NCBI GenBank assembly: GCA_043754515.1
Contig: JAYUUO010000039.1
Span: 1-54,973, forward strand
DNA: 54,973 bases
Direction of reading: 5' to 3'
From: Armatimonadota bacterium
GTDB lineage: Bacteria > Armatimonadota > Armatimonadia > Armatimonadales > Armatimonadaceae
Numbering within the stretch: the first letter of the stretch is position 1; the number at the start of each line of letters is the position of its first letter. The position numbers and the translations under genes were made by a program. The notes below the pieces were generated by a model that was not told the origin of the DNA, did no database searches, and was given only the letters and a program-made list of their open reading frames with translations. Shown here one piece after another: positions 1 to 11,160 of this stretch.

Positions 1-316
1 GAGAGTGCCGCCCGCTTCCTTGCTAAACAATCGGTCGTAGAGCCTGACGATGCAGGCGCACATCTCGCGTTCGCCGTTCACCACAGGCGGGACGACAAAA
101 CGATCGGGGAGGTCATCATAGATTTTTCCCGCGCGATGAATGGCTAGCGTTGCAGGAGTCAACTGACACGACGGAGAAAATTGCCCGCTGAAGGACGCCG
201 GGGACCAGTATAAACGGCACAACTCATCGTCCGATAATAACTGTTATGTTTTATTTCGTCTATGTTACTGAGCTCCGTGGAACGTGACACGGCCTTATCT
301 CGAACGTCCGGATTGC

Positions 317-700
317 TCACAGTCGGGTGCATGAAGTAGGAGTCGTGACTCCTACTTGTCCCGGGAAAGCAACACCGGGATTACCAGATAGACGCTGTAC
401 CCTCGTTCCGGGAACCTGTGCGACTTCGCCATCGTCCCATAGCACAAGACAAAAGCCGACCGGCTTCGTGGTGGCTTTGTGCTTATCTACCCACTTGAGA
501 TTTTCATGGTAGTACATCCCTATGTACATAAGAACGTCTCGCGCGCCGGCTTCTTTCGCGCTGCCGACGGTTCTTCCGTACACTTCAGGTTCGGCGTATA
601 CGGCGGCAACAAGTACACCTGAGTTCTCCGGATATTGCCCGTGCTTCTCTTTATAAATTTGTATGAAAGGATACAAGCGCTTCATGGATTGGGCAGTCAC
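317..700 (-). CDS. hypothetical protein, possibly N-terminally truncated
   Basis: 127-aa ORF in a lower-GC stretch. No family recognised with confidence. Confidence 0.4.
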   Translation of the reverse strand: MTAQSMKRLYPFIQIYKEKHGQYPENSGVLVAAVYAEPEVYGRTVGSAKEAGARDVLMYIGMYYHENLKWVDKHKATTKPVGFCLVLWDDGEVAQVPGTRVQRLSGNPGVAFPGQVGVTTPTSCTRL

Positions 701-724
701 GGCAGGAGGCCAAAACAGACAATA

Positions 725-2072
725 TCACCGCGTCCCACGGATTGTGACGCGGCCATAGGACGAACGGACACGTACGGACGCCCCGCCGCCATTCCAGGAC
801 TGGCTATAAGATGCGCCCGAGTCGCTCTTGACGGCGGCACCCGGCGCGTCTTCAATCTCCAGCCCGCCGCTTGCCGTCCTCGCCTCCACGCTAACCTTCG
901 CGTTCGCGGGAAGCGACACCGACACACTCCCATTTTCGGAGGAAATGTCCGCCTCTCCTAAACGAGACGCGTCATTTACCTCCGCTTCAACGGATCCGTA
1001 AGATGAACCCAGCTTCAGACGCGTCGGAGTTCCTTGATACTCGGCGGAGCCGTTATCCGACTTGCCGCTGATCGCCCCGCCGCAGTCCCGAATCTTCACC
1101 GAGCCGTAGGAGGAACTGGCGTTCACGGAGGAGGCATGACTCGCTCCTCTTAATACTGACGCTCCCGTTCTCGCTGTGCGCGTCAACCGAGCCCGCGTCA
1201 CAGCGTACCTCAACCTGTCCGTAAGACGATCGGGCGTCTACCGAGGAGACAGCGGCTTCGCTACCGACCGACACCGACCCGTTTTCCGAGCGCGCGATTA
1301 TTCGCTGACCGGTGTTCCTGATGCTTACGCTACCATAGTCACTCCGCGCGGATACACGCTCCTTTGTCCGGGTGTCGCGCACGGAAACGGCTCCATTCTG
1401 GCTTTCGACTTCGAGCGAGAGTGAAGCTGGCACCGCAATTCTGTACGACACGCTGAAGCCCTGGTTCTTGGGGAAATCGGACGGCGGCTCGACTTCAGGC
1501 GTAAGTACACCCTTAACATCCGTGACGGAGATGCGGAAGGCAGCGAGGAGCCGCTTCCGCTCCGCCGCATCTTTGAATCCGCCCCCTATTCCGACAGTGG
1601 CCGTAACATGAACGTGATCCACGTCGCCAGATGGAAGAATATCAACCGACCCGTAAGAAGTTTTTACCCGTAGCGAGGTCGCCTTCCCAACCGCTGTGTC
1701 CTGGCTGATAACATGTTCTTCGCCGCCCCGAGAATTATAAATCACGGTCTTTCCGTTTCCTCCATACGTGATTTTGATGTTCCCTCTTCCATCACTGATG
1801 ATCGTGCGGCTGTAGGTAGTGGTACTGCCGCGATCGTTGCTGTTGATGGTGATGTTGCCGCCGCCGTCCTCACCATTTATGCCGCCGTCCGAACCAGCCC
1901 CGCCTCTGTTCGTGTACTCCACGGTAGTGTCGGACACAGTCTTTTGCGTGGTTGTGTCCGGCATGGCCTTTTGCGAAGTTATAGCCGGCGCACTCTGGCG
2001 GACGAGGTAGCACCCCAGGGAGACGGGGGCCAATGAACATGCGATCAAAGTAGTTAAGAAGCGATATGACAA
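725..2072 (-). pseudogene. DUF4097-like beta-strand repeat lipoprotein, frameshifted near 1150
   Basis: Lipobox-like VSLGC. Repeated (S/T)xxGSV units run through ORF 1053..2072 up to ...ENGSVSI and resume in ORF 725..1213 (RGASHASSVNASSSYGSV...). One extra base near 1150-1151 explains the split. Confidence 0.75.
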
Positions 2073-2110
2073 GCGAAGATCCTCCGGCTTTCCGACACAT
2101 GAGCATCAGC

Positions 2111-3316
2111 TCAGGTTGCTGACGCGACTGAAATATTCACCATGCCGAGCAGTTCCCGCGCCAGATCGCGCGCCGCGTCCGGCGTCGCGAGTGACCGGGC
2201 CGCTTCGCCCATCTCGCGCATCGTTTGCAGATCACCCGTCAGAGCACGCACCGTGTTAAGTAAATGCTCTCCGTCGCACTCCGATTGAGCCAGGATTCGC
2301 GCCGCGCCGACTGACTCTAAGCGGCGGGCGTTCTTCATCTGCTCGTCGCCGGACGCTGGTTGCAGGGGCACGAAGATAGCAGGTTTGCCGAGGGCACAGA
2401 CCTCGGTAATGGTGCCCGCGCCGCTACGCCCGATCACAAGATTCACTAGAGCGAATAGGTCGGCTATATCGCCGCCTTCGACGAAAGGCGTGACGTGGTA
2501 TCGCGCCCGCTGAACGTCCGATAATCCTGCCCTCGCGGAGGTGAGGCGATCAAAATCCTGCTCGGTGCCCTCCGGTTGTTTCCCGCACTGATGAACGACG
2601 CGACAGAGGTTTAGCAGTTCGGGAAGCGCGTCCTCCACCGCACGGTTGATGACACGCGCCCCCTGCGCGCCGCCGGTCACGTAAACACAAGGAAGGCTCC
2701 GGTCTTGTGTAGCGAAACCATAGCGACGCTCGGCTTTGTCACCGCCCCCACCGAATAGGTCGGGTCGGACCGGATTCCCGGTCACCACCGCTCTACCCCG
2801 GAGCGCGGGCGGTAGCGACGTCAGCGAATCAGGGAACGACAGCGCGACGCAACGCGCGAATCGGGCCGCGATCTTGTTCGCAAGCCCCACCGTCACCGTC
2901 TGCTCGTGGATCAGAACCGGCACCCCGGAGAGCGCGGCGGCGACAACGGGCGGCACGGAAACGTAGCCGCCGGTCGCCAAGACAACGTCCGGCTTGAACC
3001 GCCTCACGGCGGCGAACGCCTGCCCGATCCCGACCGGAACCCGGAAAGCATCTCGCAAATTAGCCCCGCTCAGCAGACCCAGGACGCCCTTGCTCGAACG
3101 TCGCAACTTCCCGGTCGCGACTGACGCGAACGGTAGTCCCGCCTCCCGCGCCAACCTCGCTTCAATGCCGGTCTCGCTCCCTAGGTACAAGAACTCGGGC
3201 GTGAAAATCGCGCCCGGTGAATTAGCTAATTTCCGCAACGTCTGGATCACGGCGAGCGCGGGCGAGACATGCCCGCCCGTGCCCCCGCCCGTCACCAGAA
3301 TGCGGAGCGTCCTCAA
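2111..3316 (-). CDS. murG: undecaprenyl-PP-MurNAc-pentapeptide N-acetylglucosaminyltransferase
   Basis: GGGTGGH, GGYVS, HEQ, GNPVR and RSGAGT motifs of GT28/MurG. Confidence 0.93.
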   Translation of the reverse strand: MRTLRILVTGGGTGGHVSPALAVIQTLRKLANSPGAIFTPEFLYLGSETGIEARLAREAGLPFASVATGKLRRSSKGVLGLLSGANLRDAFRVPVGIGQAFAAVRRFKPDVVLATGGYVSVPPVVAAALSGVPVLIHEQTVTVGLANKIAARFARCVALSFPDSLTSLPPALRGRAVVTGNPVRPDLFGGGGDKAERRYGFATQDRSLPCVYVTGGAQGARVINRAVEDALPELLNLCRVVHQCGKQPEGTEQDFDRLTSARAGLSDVQRARYHVTPFVEGGDIADLFALVNLVIGRSGAGTITEVCALGKPAIFVPLQPASGDEQMKNARRLESVGAARILAQSECDGEHLLNTVRALTGDLQTMREMGEAARSLATPDAARDLARELLGMVNISVASAT

Positions 3317-4477
3317 CTAGCTCGCCAGCTCCGCGGCGCGGTCGGTCTTTTCCCAGGAGAAGGTCGGGTTCCCGAAGTGACCGTTCCGCGCGGTCTCGCG
3401 GTAGATCGGGCGGCGCAAGTTGAGCAACTCGATGATCGCTTTGGGAGTCAACTCGAAGCAAGATTGGATGCGGCTCGAAATCACCTCGTCCCCCACTCGC
3501 CCCGTTCCGAATGTGTCTACCCGGATGGACACCGGCTCGGCGACACCGATCGCGTAAGCCAGTTGAATCTCACATTTGGGGGCGAGTCCCGCCGCGACGA
3601 CGAGTTTCGCCAGATACCGCGCCACGTACGCCGCCGAACGGTCTACTTTCGTTGGGTCTTTGCCCGAGAACGCCCCGCCGCCATGCCTGGCGTAGCCGCC
3701 ATACGTATCCACGATGATCTTGCGGCCGGTCAACCCGGTGTCGCCCTGCGGCCCGCCGATCACGAACTTACCGGTCGGGTTAACATGCTTTACTATCTGG
3801 CTAGAGCCGAGGTGGTCGAACTGCGCGAGCACTGGCGCGAAAATCTTCTCGTCAACGATGCGCTTCACGTCCTCAAGATGCAGGGCCTCGACGTGCTGTG
3901 TGGAGAGTACCAGCGTGTCAATATGCGAAGGGGTTCCGTCGGCGTTGTAGGCGATTGTCACCTGCGATTTCGCGTCGGGGAGCAATCCGAGTTCGGGCTG
4001 TTCACGACGCAGTTGCGCCTGGAGTTTCGTCAGGCGGTGCGCGATGGTGATCGGGAGCGGCATCAGCTCGGGCGTTTCGTCGCAGGCGAAGCCGAACATC
4101 ATCCCCTGATCCCCCGCCCCGCCGGTGTCAACCCCCTGCGCGATGTCGGGCGACTGCTTTTGAACCGCGATCATCACGCCCGTGGTCGCGCCGTCAAAAC
4201 CCACGTTGGTGCTGTTGTAGCCGACTTCCAGGATCGTTTCGCGGACAACGTCGGCGATCTCGACGTAGGTGTCGGTGGTAAGTTCGCCCGCGATCACGAC
4301 AAGTCCGCGCGTGAGCAGGGTTTCGATGGCGACGCGCGAGAACGGGTCGCCCTTGCCGTTATTGTGGGAGTTCGGCCCGATACAGGCGTCCAGGATCGCG
4401 TCGGAGATAGCGTCGGCGAGCTTGTCCGGGTGCCCTTCCGTTACCGATTCGGAGGTGAAAAGTTGATAGTTTGCCAT
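3317..4477 (-). CDS. metK: S-adenosylmethionine synthetase
   Basis: [28 protein letters not shown] motifs. Start reset to the ATG at 4477 (MANYQLF). Confidence 0.98.
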   Translation of the reverse strand: MANYQLFTSESVTEGHPDKLADAISDAILDACIGPNSHNNGKGDPFSRVAIETLLTRGLVVIAGELTTDTYVEIADVVRETILEVGYNSTNVGFDGATTGVMIAVQKQSPDIAQGVDTGGAGDQGMMFGFACDETPELMPLPITIAHRLTKLQAQLRREQPELGLLPDAKSQVTIAYNADGTPSHIDTLVLSTQHVEALHLEDVKRIVDEKIFAPVLAQFDHLGSSQIVKHVNPTGKFVIGGPQGDTGLTGRKIIVDTYGGYARHGGGAFSGKDPTKVDRSAAYVARYLAKLVVAAGLAPKCEIQLAYAIGVAEPVSIRVDTFGTGRVGDEVISSRIQSCFELTPKAIIELLNLRRPIYRETARNGHFGNPTFSWEKTDRAAELAS

Positions 4478-4592
4478 AGTGCCTCTTCTGAACCGAGCGA
4501 GTGGATGATACGCGCTGCAAACGAAGAGGGATGGCGGGAGAACGCGCGGTGGGAAGGAACGAGAACGCCCGCCTTGCGTTTCGCGCTCGTCT

Positions 4593-4722
4593 CTCTTATC
4601 TTCGCGGGGCGCGGAACAGTCCACGCCCCGCCGGATTTCGCACCTGCCTTAGCCGCTCTCAACTGGCTTTCGGTGGTTGTGGTAGCATCATGGGGCCGGT
4701 CCCTCCGCTACTCGTGATAAGC
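4593..4722 (-). promoter_or_regulatory. SAM-I (S-box) riboswitch upstream of metK
   Basis: Minus strand reads CTTATCACGAG-TAGCGGAGGGACCGGCCCCATGATGCTACC-ACAACC...GGTGCGAAATCC...GAAGATAAG. This matches the S-box consensus, with P1 formed by CTTATC/GATAAG. Confidence 0.92.
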
Positions 4723-4811
4723 GACGCTCGCTCGATACTTGCGGGTGATGCCCGCTGTGTTCGTTATAGCACAGGCGAACCGCGTCCGCAAGTCCGCCGA
4801 CTCGCGGGACC

Positions 4812-5432
4812 CTAGTGGACTTTGGCGGCGGCGTATTTGGACGCGACGACGTCCCAGTTGACGACTGTCCACCACGCTTTGAGGTAGTCCGGGCGGCGGT
4901 TCTCGTACTGCAAATAGTACGCGTGCTCCCAAACATCATTTCCGAGAATCGGCGTCTTGCCTTCCGTGAGCGGCGAGTCCTGGTTCGGCGTAGAGACCAC
5001 TTCGAGTTGCCCCGCCGCATCGGTGACGAGCCACGTCCAGCCGGAGCCGAACCGCTTCACGCCCGCGTCGTTGACCTTCGCTTTGAGATCGTCGAGCGAG
5101 CCGAACGTGGTCTGAATCGCCATCAGCAGATCGCCCGTCGGCTCTTTTGCGCCGCCCGGGGTCATGATCTCCCAGAACAGCGTGTGGTTGACGTGCCCGC
5201 CGCCGTTGTTGCGTACGGCGGCTTTGATCCCGTCGGGCACCGCGTCGAGGTCCTTGATCAGTTGCTCGGGGGATTTAGACTGGAGGTCGGGGTGCTCCTT
5301 TATCGCCGCGTTCAGGTTAGTCACGTAGGTCGCGTGGTGCTTATCATGATGCAATTCCATAATATGCTTCGCGATTGTCGGCTCCAAAGCGTCGTAGGCG
5401 TACGGAAGCGCGGGAAGTGTGTATTCAGCCAT
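4812..5432 (-). CDS. sodA: superoxide dismutase, likely Mn type
   Basis: [38 protein letters not shown]. Start at 5432 with a GGAG RBS. Confidence 0.96.
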   Translation of the reverse strand: MAEYTLPALPYAYDALEPTIAKHIMELHHDKHHATYVTNLNAAIKEHPDLQSKSPEQLIKDLDAVPDGIKAAVRNNGGGHVNHTLFWEIMTPGGAKEPTGDLLMAIQTTFGSLDDLKAKVNDAGVKRFGSGWTWLVTDAAGQLEVVSTPNQDSPLTEGKTPILGNDVWEHAYYLQYENRRPDYLKAWWTVVNWDVVASKYAAAKVH

Positions 5433-5526
5433 GTTCGAGTTGCTCCTTGCGGAAAATAGGGTCGGTGTTGGGGCGTCCGTCGAGGACACCTCACGCCGAT
5501 CAGTGTACCTGCAATCCCGCCGCTTT

Positions 5527-6003
5527 CTAGTAGCGCGTGCTCGCGAGTTCGCGTTGCCACCGTGCGAACGCATCTGTTGCCTCCACTCGCAGGTCGCTGA
5601 CGTGCATCGTCGGCAACACCCGTTCGGACACACGCTTGACTACTTCGCCGTACAAAAACGCGTCGTCGAACCCCGCTTCGGCGGCATCGTCGCGGGTCGC
5701 CGCGAAGTAGAGGGCGTCGAGCCGCGCCCAGTAGATCGCGCCGAGGCACATCGGGCACGGTTCGCATGACGAGTAGATCACGCACCCCGCGAGCGAGAAT
5801 GTTTCTAGTTCCGCGCACGCCAGACGGATTGCGCAAACCTCGGCGTGCGCGGTCGGGTCGCTCATGGCGGTGACGCGGTTCCCCGACGCGGCGACGATAA
5901 CTCCGTCCCGCGCGACGACAGCGCCGAAGGGCCCCCCACCCTGTTCCTGATTCGCCAGCGAGAGCCGGATCGTTTCCCGTAATAGTTCTTCGTTTGTCGC
6001 CAC
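5527..6003 (-). CDS. nucleoside/guanine deaminase (CDA superfamily, GuaD-like)
   Basis: GGPFGA, DPTAHAE and SCEPCPMC zinc motifs. Confidence 0.9.
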   Translation of the reverse strand: MATNEELLRETIRLSLANQEQGGGPFGAVVARDGVIVAASGNRVTAMSDPTAHAEVCAIRLACAELETFSLAGCVIYSSCEPCPMCLGAIYWARLDALYFAATRDDAAEAGFDDAFLYGEVVKRVSERVLPTMHVSDLRVEATDAFARWQRELASTRY

Positions 6004-6104
6004 GGCATATTGTGCCTCGAATCAGACCGTTTGACAACAGCACTGACGCGCGAACCGTGGTTGCGCGGTTTCGACGGTGCTCGTACCATGACGGGGAGAA
6101 TCCT

Positions 6105-6746
6105 ATGGACCCAAAAACAGACCACGGCATGAGCGAGGCGGAAGAGACACTGCGATACTGGCTCGCCAACGAGGACTGGTACCCTAGCGCGTGTACCACC
6201 CGGTTCCTGAAAACCACGCCGCCCGAGGAGGCGGCGGACATGCTGGTGCTGATCGCCGAGGATGCCCAGCCGGAGCCGCACTCGTACAGTGTGACGCTGT
6301 ATAACGCCTTCGCCACGGCGGGCTTCATGCCTTCGGCGGGCGGCAAGATCCCCCGGCGCAAAGCCGGGGTTCGTGCCGCGCTCTTGCTCGCGCAGTTGAA
6401 CGACTCGCGCTGTATCTCGCCTCTCATCCGCGTGTTCGAGACGCAAAGCGTGTGGCAAAGCAAGTGCCACTAACAGATAGTGAACGCGCTTGCTCGTGTC
6501 CTGGCAAGGTCTCATGAGCGAGAAATCGCGATCAAATACGTGAATGATGTCTCGACTCTCGCGCGGCGCGTCTGGGAGCAGTCGCCGAAGCGGGACATTC
6601 CCGAACTGCACTTGCGGCTCTGCGTTTCCGCCGTGCGGTTCCTGCACGGAATAGGCCAGGATGCCACGATTGTGCGGGCGATCAGTGGAAGCGTGTCTCC
6701 CCTCCCCCACCGCTCGCGAATCCGCGAGGCGGCACTGGTAGGCTGA
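6105..6746 (+). pseudogene. helical (HEAT-like) hypothetical protein interrupted by an in-frame TAA at 6471-6473
   Basis: ORFs 5994..6473 and 6480..6746 are in the same frame (KCH*QIVNALARVL). GGAGA RBS precedes the ATG at 6105. Confidence 0.55.
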
Positions 6747-6788
6747 ACGGGTGCGGTACCGCTCCCATCCGCGATAAAATGATCCGCT

Positions 6789-7871
6789 ATGCGAATCGGC
6801 AACATCGAAATCTGGCCTAATATCGTTCTCGCCCCGATGGCGGGGATCACGTCACACCCTTTCCGCACCCTGTGCAAGAAGTACGGGCGGGTCGGGCTTG
6901 TCGTCACCGAGCTGATCTCCAGCCACGCGATCCACCACCGCAACCAGAAAACATGGGGCATGTTCGACTGGAGCGACGAGGAGCGGCCTGCATTCTGTCA
7001 ATTGTTCGGCGGCGACCCGGCGACAATGGCGGAAGCGGCGCAGGTGGTCGTGGACCAGGGCGCGGACGGAGTAGACATCAATATGGGCTGCTGGGTGCCC
7101 AAGGTCGCCAAGACCGGCGCGGGCGCGGCACTGCTCAAGGATCTATGTCAGGCCGAGGCGGTGGTCAAGGCCGTCGTAGACGCGGTCGGCGACATCGTGC
7201 CGGTAACGGTTAAGGTGCGCTCCGGGTGGGACTCGCGCGACGTGACCGCCATCCGGTTCGCGAAAGCCGCCGCGAACGTCGGCGTGAAGGCGATCACGGT
7301 ACACGCGCGGTTCGCATCGCAGGGTTTTTCCGGCACGGCGGACTGGAGCGTGATCGGGCGCGTCAAGGAAGCCGTGGACGGGATGATACCGGTGATCGGA
7401 AATGGCGACATAGAAACGCCCCAGGACGCGAAACGGATGATCGCGGAAACGGATTGCGACGCCGTGATGATCGGGCGGGCCGCGATGGGCAACCCGTGGC
7501 TACTCGCGCGTATCGGCCTGTACCTGGAGACGGGCGTGCTACTCCCGGAACCGGATGTGTTGGAGCGGGTGATGGTCGCCCGCGAGCATGCACAAATGCA
7601 GGTAGCGCAGCAGGGCGAGGACATCGGGTGCCGCGAGCTACGCGGCCTTCTGTCCCACTACTTCAAAGGCATCCCCGGTGCCCCGCGCATCCGCGAATCG
7701 CTGACGAAGATCAAGACGCTTTCTGATATCGAAGCGATCTTAGACGACGCGCACAACCGCCTGTCCATCTATCAGAATGAGCACGACGCGGGGCGGACCG
7801 GCAACCATGAAGCGTCACCGGAGCGCGCGTTGGTCGTCTCCCGCGACACTCCTTCGCTGGTGCATGCGTGA
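6789..7871 (+). CDS. dusB: tRNA-dihydrouridine synthase B
   Basis: LAPMAG, DINMGC, VKVRSGWD, VHAR, GNGDI, MIGRAAMGNPW. Confidence 0.92.
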   Translation: MRIGNIEIWPNIVLAPMAGITSHPFRTLCKKYGRVGLVVTELISSHAIHHRNQKTWGMFDWSDEERPAFCQLFGGDPATMAEAAQVVVDQGADGVDINMGCWVPKVAKTGAGAALLKDLCQAEAVVKAVVDAVGDIVPVTVKVRSGWDSRDVTAIRFAKAAANVGVKAITVHARFASQGFSGTADWSVIGRVKEAVDGMIPVIGNGDIETPQDAKRMIAETDCDAVMIGRAAMGNPWLLARIGLYLETGVLLPEPDVLERVMVAREHAQMQVAQQGEDIGCRELRGLLSHYFKGIPGAPRIRESLTKIKTLSDIEAILDDAHNRLSIYQNEHDAGRTGNHEASPERALVVSRDTPSLVHA

Positions 7872-7910
7872 AGTGGGCAACCGCCTACGCTCCCGCCACA
7901 CAGGTACACA

Positions 7911-8585
7911 ATGAGTCCCACCCATGAAGACCTGATCCGACACGCCTGTGAACGTGCCAGTGCCGATCCCGAGGTGATCGGCATATTGCTACAAGGCTCG
8001 TGCGCACGGGGTGACGGCTACCCCGAATCTGATCTGGATCTGTTCGTCCTGCTCCGCGCGGGTTGCTGCCGCCCGTTCCACGCCGAGGAGAAACTCGGCG
8101 TACTTGTAGAAACGCACTACGCCGACCTGGACCGAACAACGGCGAAGATTCGCGCGAACCCGATGCTGACATACGGGTTTGTGGACGGGCGCGTGCTCCG
8201 CGACGACGAGGGCGGGCTGGCAATACTAGCGCGGATTGCGTCGGAGGTTATAGCCGCCTACCGAATGCCGGTTGCGGAGCGCGACGGCATTTTTCACTGG
8301 CTACGGAGCGCGAACGTCAAGATGGCTGCGGCGCGGAGTGCCGGGGACACGCTCAAAGCGGCGTTCGTAGCGGCGACCACCTCGTGGAAGATGCTGGAAG
8401 GGATATGGGCGGTCAACAACTTGCCGATGCCCCCTTCCGGGACCGTGCTCGCCCGGCGCGGCGATCTGACACGGGTGCCGGACGATTGGGACGCGCTATT
8501 CGAGCGGCTTTTCACCGGACGAAACTCCGATGAGCGGGTGACGACGGCAAGGGAGATTATCGAATGGTTATTGGCTCACGAATAA
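7911..8585 (+). CDS. nucleotidyltransferase-domain protein (pol-beta fold with helical C-terminus)
   Basis: GS-x-ARG...SDLDL motif. Confidence 0.8.
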   Translation: MSPTHEDLIRHACERASADPEVIGILLQGSCARGDGYPESDLDLFVLLRAGCCRPFHAEEKLGVLVETHYADLDRTTAKIRANPMLTYGFVDGRVLRDDEGGLAILARIASEVIAAYRMPVAERDGIFHWLRSANVKMAAARSAGDTLKAAFVAATTSWKMLEGIWAVNNLPMPPSGTVLARRGDLTRVPDDWDALFERLFTGRNSDERVTTAREIIEWLLAHE

Positions 8586-9256
8586 AGGCATCCGGCGATT
8601 CGGGAATACCTATAAACCCGGATGCGCCGTACGCGCTGGCTTCGGTTGCCGAGCGACAAAGACGTACTGCTCTGCTCGCGGAACCGCACATGAAGCCGCT
8701 GATGGATTATCTGGGGCGAATTCGTCAGGCGATGGGCGACGCTTACGAAATGCCTGCATTCGACCCACTCGACGGTGGTATCAACGCCCGCGCACTTCTC
8801 CTCCTCGAAGCACCCGGCCCGAAGGCGGTGGGATCTGGGTTCATCAGCCGCAACAACCCCGACCCCACGGCACGCAATATCTGCAGACTACTCGCCGAGG
8901 CGAACATCCCGCGACAACACACGCTGATCTGGAATATCGTGCCCTGGTACGTCGGCGATGGTCAAGGACGTATCCACTCGATCAATGGTAGATACATCCG
9001 CGACGCGCTACCGCACCTGGGTACGTTGATCGGAATGTTGCCCGAGCTTAAGGTGATATTACTGCTCGGTAAAAAGGCCGGATCCACCGCCAGCCCGATC
9101 CGTCAGTTGACTTCCGTGCCCCTCCTGCTGACTCACCATCCCAGCGCAAGGGTATTCAATGTATGGCCAGAGAAGTGGACGGAAGCAAAGTCTGACTTTG
9201 CCCGCCTCGCAACGATGCTCGGAACGGTGAACGATCTCGAGACGGCATCGCAGTGA
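8564..9256 (+). CDS. uracil-DNA glycosylase family protein (start uncertain, 8564 or 8690)
   Basis: LLEAPG, WNIVPW, LLGKKA, HPS motifs. Confidence 0.8.
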   Translation: MVIGSRIKASGDSGIPINPDAPYALASVAERQRRTALLAEPHMKPLMDYLGRIRQAMGDAYEMPAFDPLDGGINARALLLLEAPGPKAVGSGFISRNNPDPTARNICRLLAEANIPRQHTLIWNIVPWYVGDGQGRIHSINGRYIRDALPHLGTLIGMLPELKVILLLGKKAGSTASPIRQLTSVPLLLTHHPSARVFNVWPEKWTEAKSDFARLATMLGTVNDLETASQ

Positions 9257-9346
9257 CCTTGAACTTCTTCCGCCGAAACACTACAATGATGAGCGACAAA
9301 CACGACAATGGTGAGCGGTAAGCACCCTCACCAACAAAGGAAACAT

Positions 9347-10681
9347 ATGAGCGAATCAACCTCCACGCACGACACCGCCCCCGATTGGGCTTTCGACACT
9401 CTCGCCGTCCACGCCGGACAATCGCCGGACCCGCACACCACCGCTCGCGCCGTCCCTATCTATCAGACTACCTCGTACGTTTTCCGGGACGCCGACCATG
9501 CGGCGGGGCTTTTCGGGCTGAAAGAGTTCGGCAACATCTACACGCGGCTGATGAACCCGACCAACGACGTTTTCGAGAAGCGGGTCGCGGCCCTCGAAGG
9601 CGGCATCGGCGCGCTCGCGGCGGCGTCCGGGCAGGCGGCGGAAACGCTAGCCATGCTCAACATATTAGGCACAGGCGACCACGTGGTCTCCTCGGCGGCG
9701 GTGTACGGCGGCACGTACAGCCTGCTCAAGCACACGCTCCCGAAGCTCGGCATCACGACCACGTTCGTTGACCCCGACAAGCCGGAAAACTTCGCCGCCG
9801 CGATCACCGACAGAACGCGGCTCGTGTTCGGCGAATCGCTCGGCAACCCGCGCCTGAATGTGCTGGATATTGCCGCTGTCGCCGAAGTCGCGCACGCGCA
9901 CAATCTGCCGCTGATGATAGACAACACCACTCCGTCCCCCGCCCTGGTTAACCCGATCGCGCTCGGCGCGGACATCGTAGTACACTCAGCGACGAAGTTC
10001 ATGGGTGGGCACGGCACCAGTATCGGCGGCGTGATCGTAGACTCCGGAAAGTTCGACTGGGCGGCTTCGGGCAAGTTCGCGGGGTTTACGTCGCCGGACG
10101 AGTCGTACCACGGGCTGATCTTCACCGAACTCCCCGAACCGCTTCGCTCTATGGCCTTCATACTTAAAGCGCGGCTACAGGGCCTGCGCGATATGGGCGC
10201 GGCACTCGCGCCGTTCAACGCGTTTCTGCTGTTGCAGGGCCTGGAAACGCTCCACGTGCGGATGGAGCGACACTGTATGAACGCGCTCAAAGTGGCGCAA
10301 TTCTTGGAGGCACATCCGAAGGTGGCCTGGGTCCGCTACCCCGGTTTGACGTCGCACCCGACGCATGAACTGGCGACCCGGACATTCAAGAAAAACGTCC
10401 ATGGCGAGACGATGTATAACGCGCTGGTCGGGTTCGGAGTCAAAGGCGGCCTGGAAGCGGGGCGCAATCTGATCAACAGCGTTAAGCTATTCTCGCTCCT
10501 CGCCAACATCGGCGACGCGAAATCGTTGATCATTCATCCGGCAAGCACAACGCACTCGCAACTCACGGTGGACGAGCAGTTCAGCGGCGGCGTTACTCCC
10601 GACTTCGTGCGGCTCTCGGTCGGTATCGAGAACCCGAACGACATCATCGCGGATCTTGAGCAGGCGTTAGCTAAAGCCTAG
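9347..10681 (+). CDS. metY: O-acetylhomoserine aminocarboxypropyltransferase (sulfhydrylase)
   Basis: [25 protein letters not shown] (PLP Lys), [25 protein letters not shown] before the ATG at 9347. Confidence 0.93.
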   Translation: MSESTSTHDTAPDWAFDTLAVHAGQSPDPHTTARAVPIYQTTSYVFRDADHAAGLFGLKEFGNIYTRLMNPTNDVFEKRVAALEGGIGALAAASGQAAETLAMLNILGTGDHVVSSAAVYGGTYSLLKHTLPKLGITTTFVDPDKPENFAAAITDRTRLVFGESLGNPRLNVLDIAAVAEVAHAHNLPLMIDNTTPSPALVNPIALGADIVVHSATKFMGGHGTSIGGVIVDSGKFDWAASGKFAGFTSPDESYHGLIFTELPEPLRSMAFILKARLQGLRDMGAALAPFNAFLLLQGLETLHVRMERHCMNALKVAQFLEAHPKVAWVRYPGLTSHPTHELATRTFKKNVHGETMYNALVGFGVKGGLEAGRNLINSVKLFSLLANIGDAKSLIIHPASTTHSQLTVDEQFSGGVTPDFVRLSVGIENPNDIIADLEQALAKA

Positions 10682-11063
10682 CGAGAAAGCGGCGCACGAT
10701 CTTTATCGCCAGGCCCGACTCGTCCGCGCGGATCGCCGCGTTGAATGTGGGTAGATCATCGGCGGGGACCCAGTACTCTTCGTGCAAACCGTCACGCCCG
10801 ACGGTTTGCACGTCATAGCGCGAAAGGAACCCGGCGTCCACCGCGAACTCAGTCACGTAGCCGACGTGGCCACTTGCGGCGTCGTTCGTGTTCCAGTCGC
10901 GGGCGATCTGAATCGCGTACTCCTCATTCAGCACCAGGTAGAAGATCGGTTGCTCGGGAAGACGCGGCGGGAAGGCGGTGAAGCCCGACTCCGCGATCAG
11001 TTCAAGTTCACGCTGACCGAACGGACGGTATAAAGTGACGACGTTCGTTCTCGGTGTATTCAT
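10671..11063 (-). CDS. small protein of the family commonly annotated 'ADP-ribosylation/crystallin J1'
   Basis: [54 protein letters not shown] family pattern, recognised from memory. Likely start ATG 11063. Confidence 0.7.
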   Translation of the reverse strand: MNTPRTNVVTLYRPFGQRELELIAESGFTAFPPRLPEQPIFYLVLNEEYAIQIARDWNTNDAASGHVGYVTEFAVDAGFLSRYDVQTVGRDGLHEEYWVPADDLPTFNAAIRADESGLAIKIVRRFLARL

Positions 11064-11160
11064 AACGCTTACTATGCCGATCATCCAGACAATCCCGCTC
11101 AACCGCGACGTTTTTTCGCGCGACCGTTTAGCGAACGGCATTTGCGGGCGATACTGTCTT

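Noticed and set aside
1..243. Open minus-strand frame running off the window edge
   Set aside because: No clear start or recognisable motif, so it cannot be supported.
3269..4717. 482-aa plus-strand ORF, and similar long antisense ORFs over sodA, xylA, acs and fucI
   Set aside because: Shadow ORFs opposite well-supported genes, expected in GC-rich DNA.
9257..9346. Possible riboswitch upstream of metY
   Set aside because: Only one hairpin (TGGTGAG...CTCACCA) and no SAM or SAH consensus that I can match.
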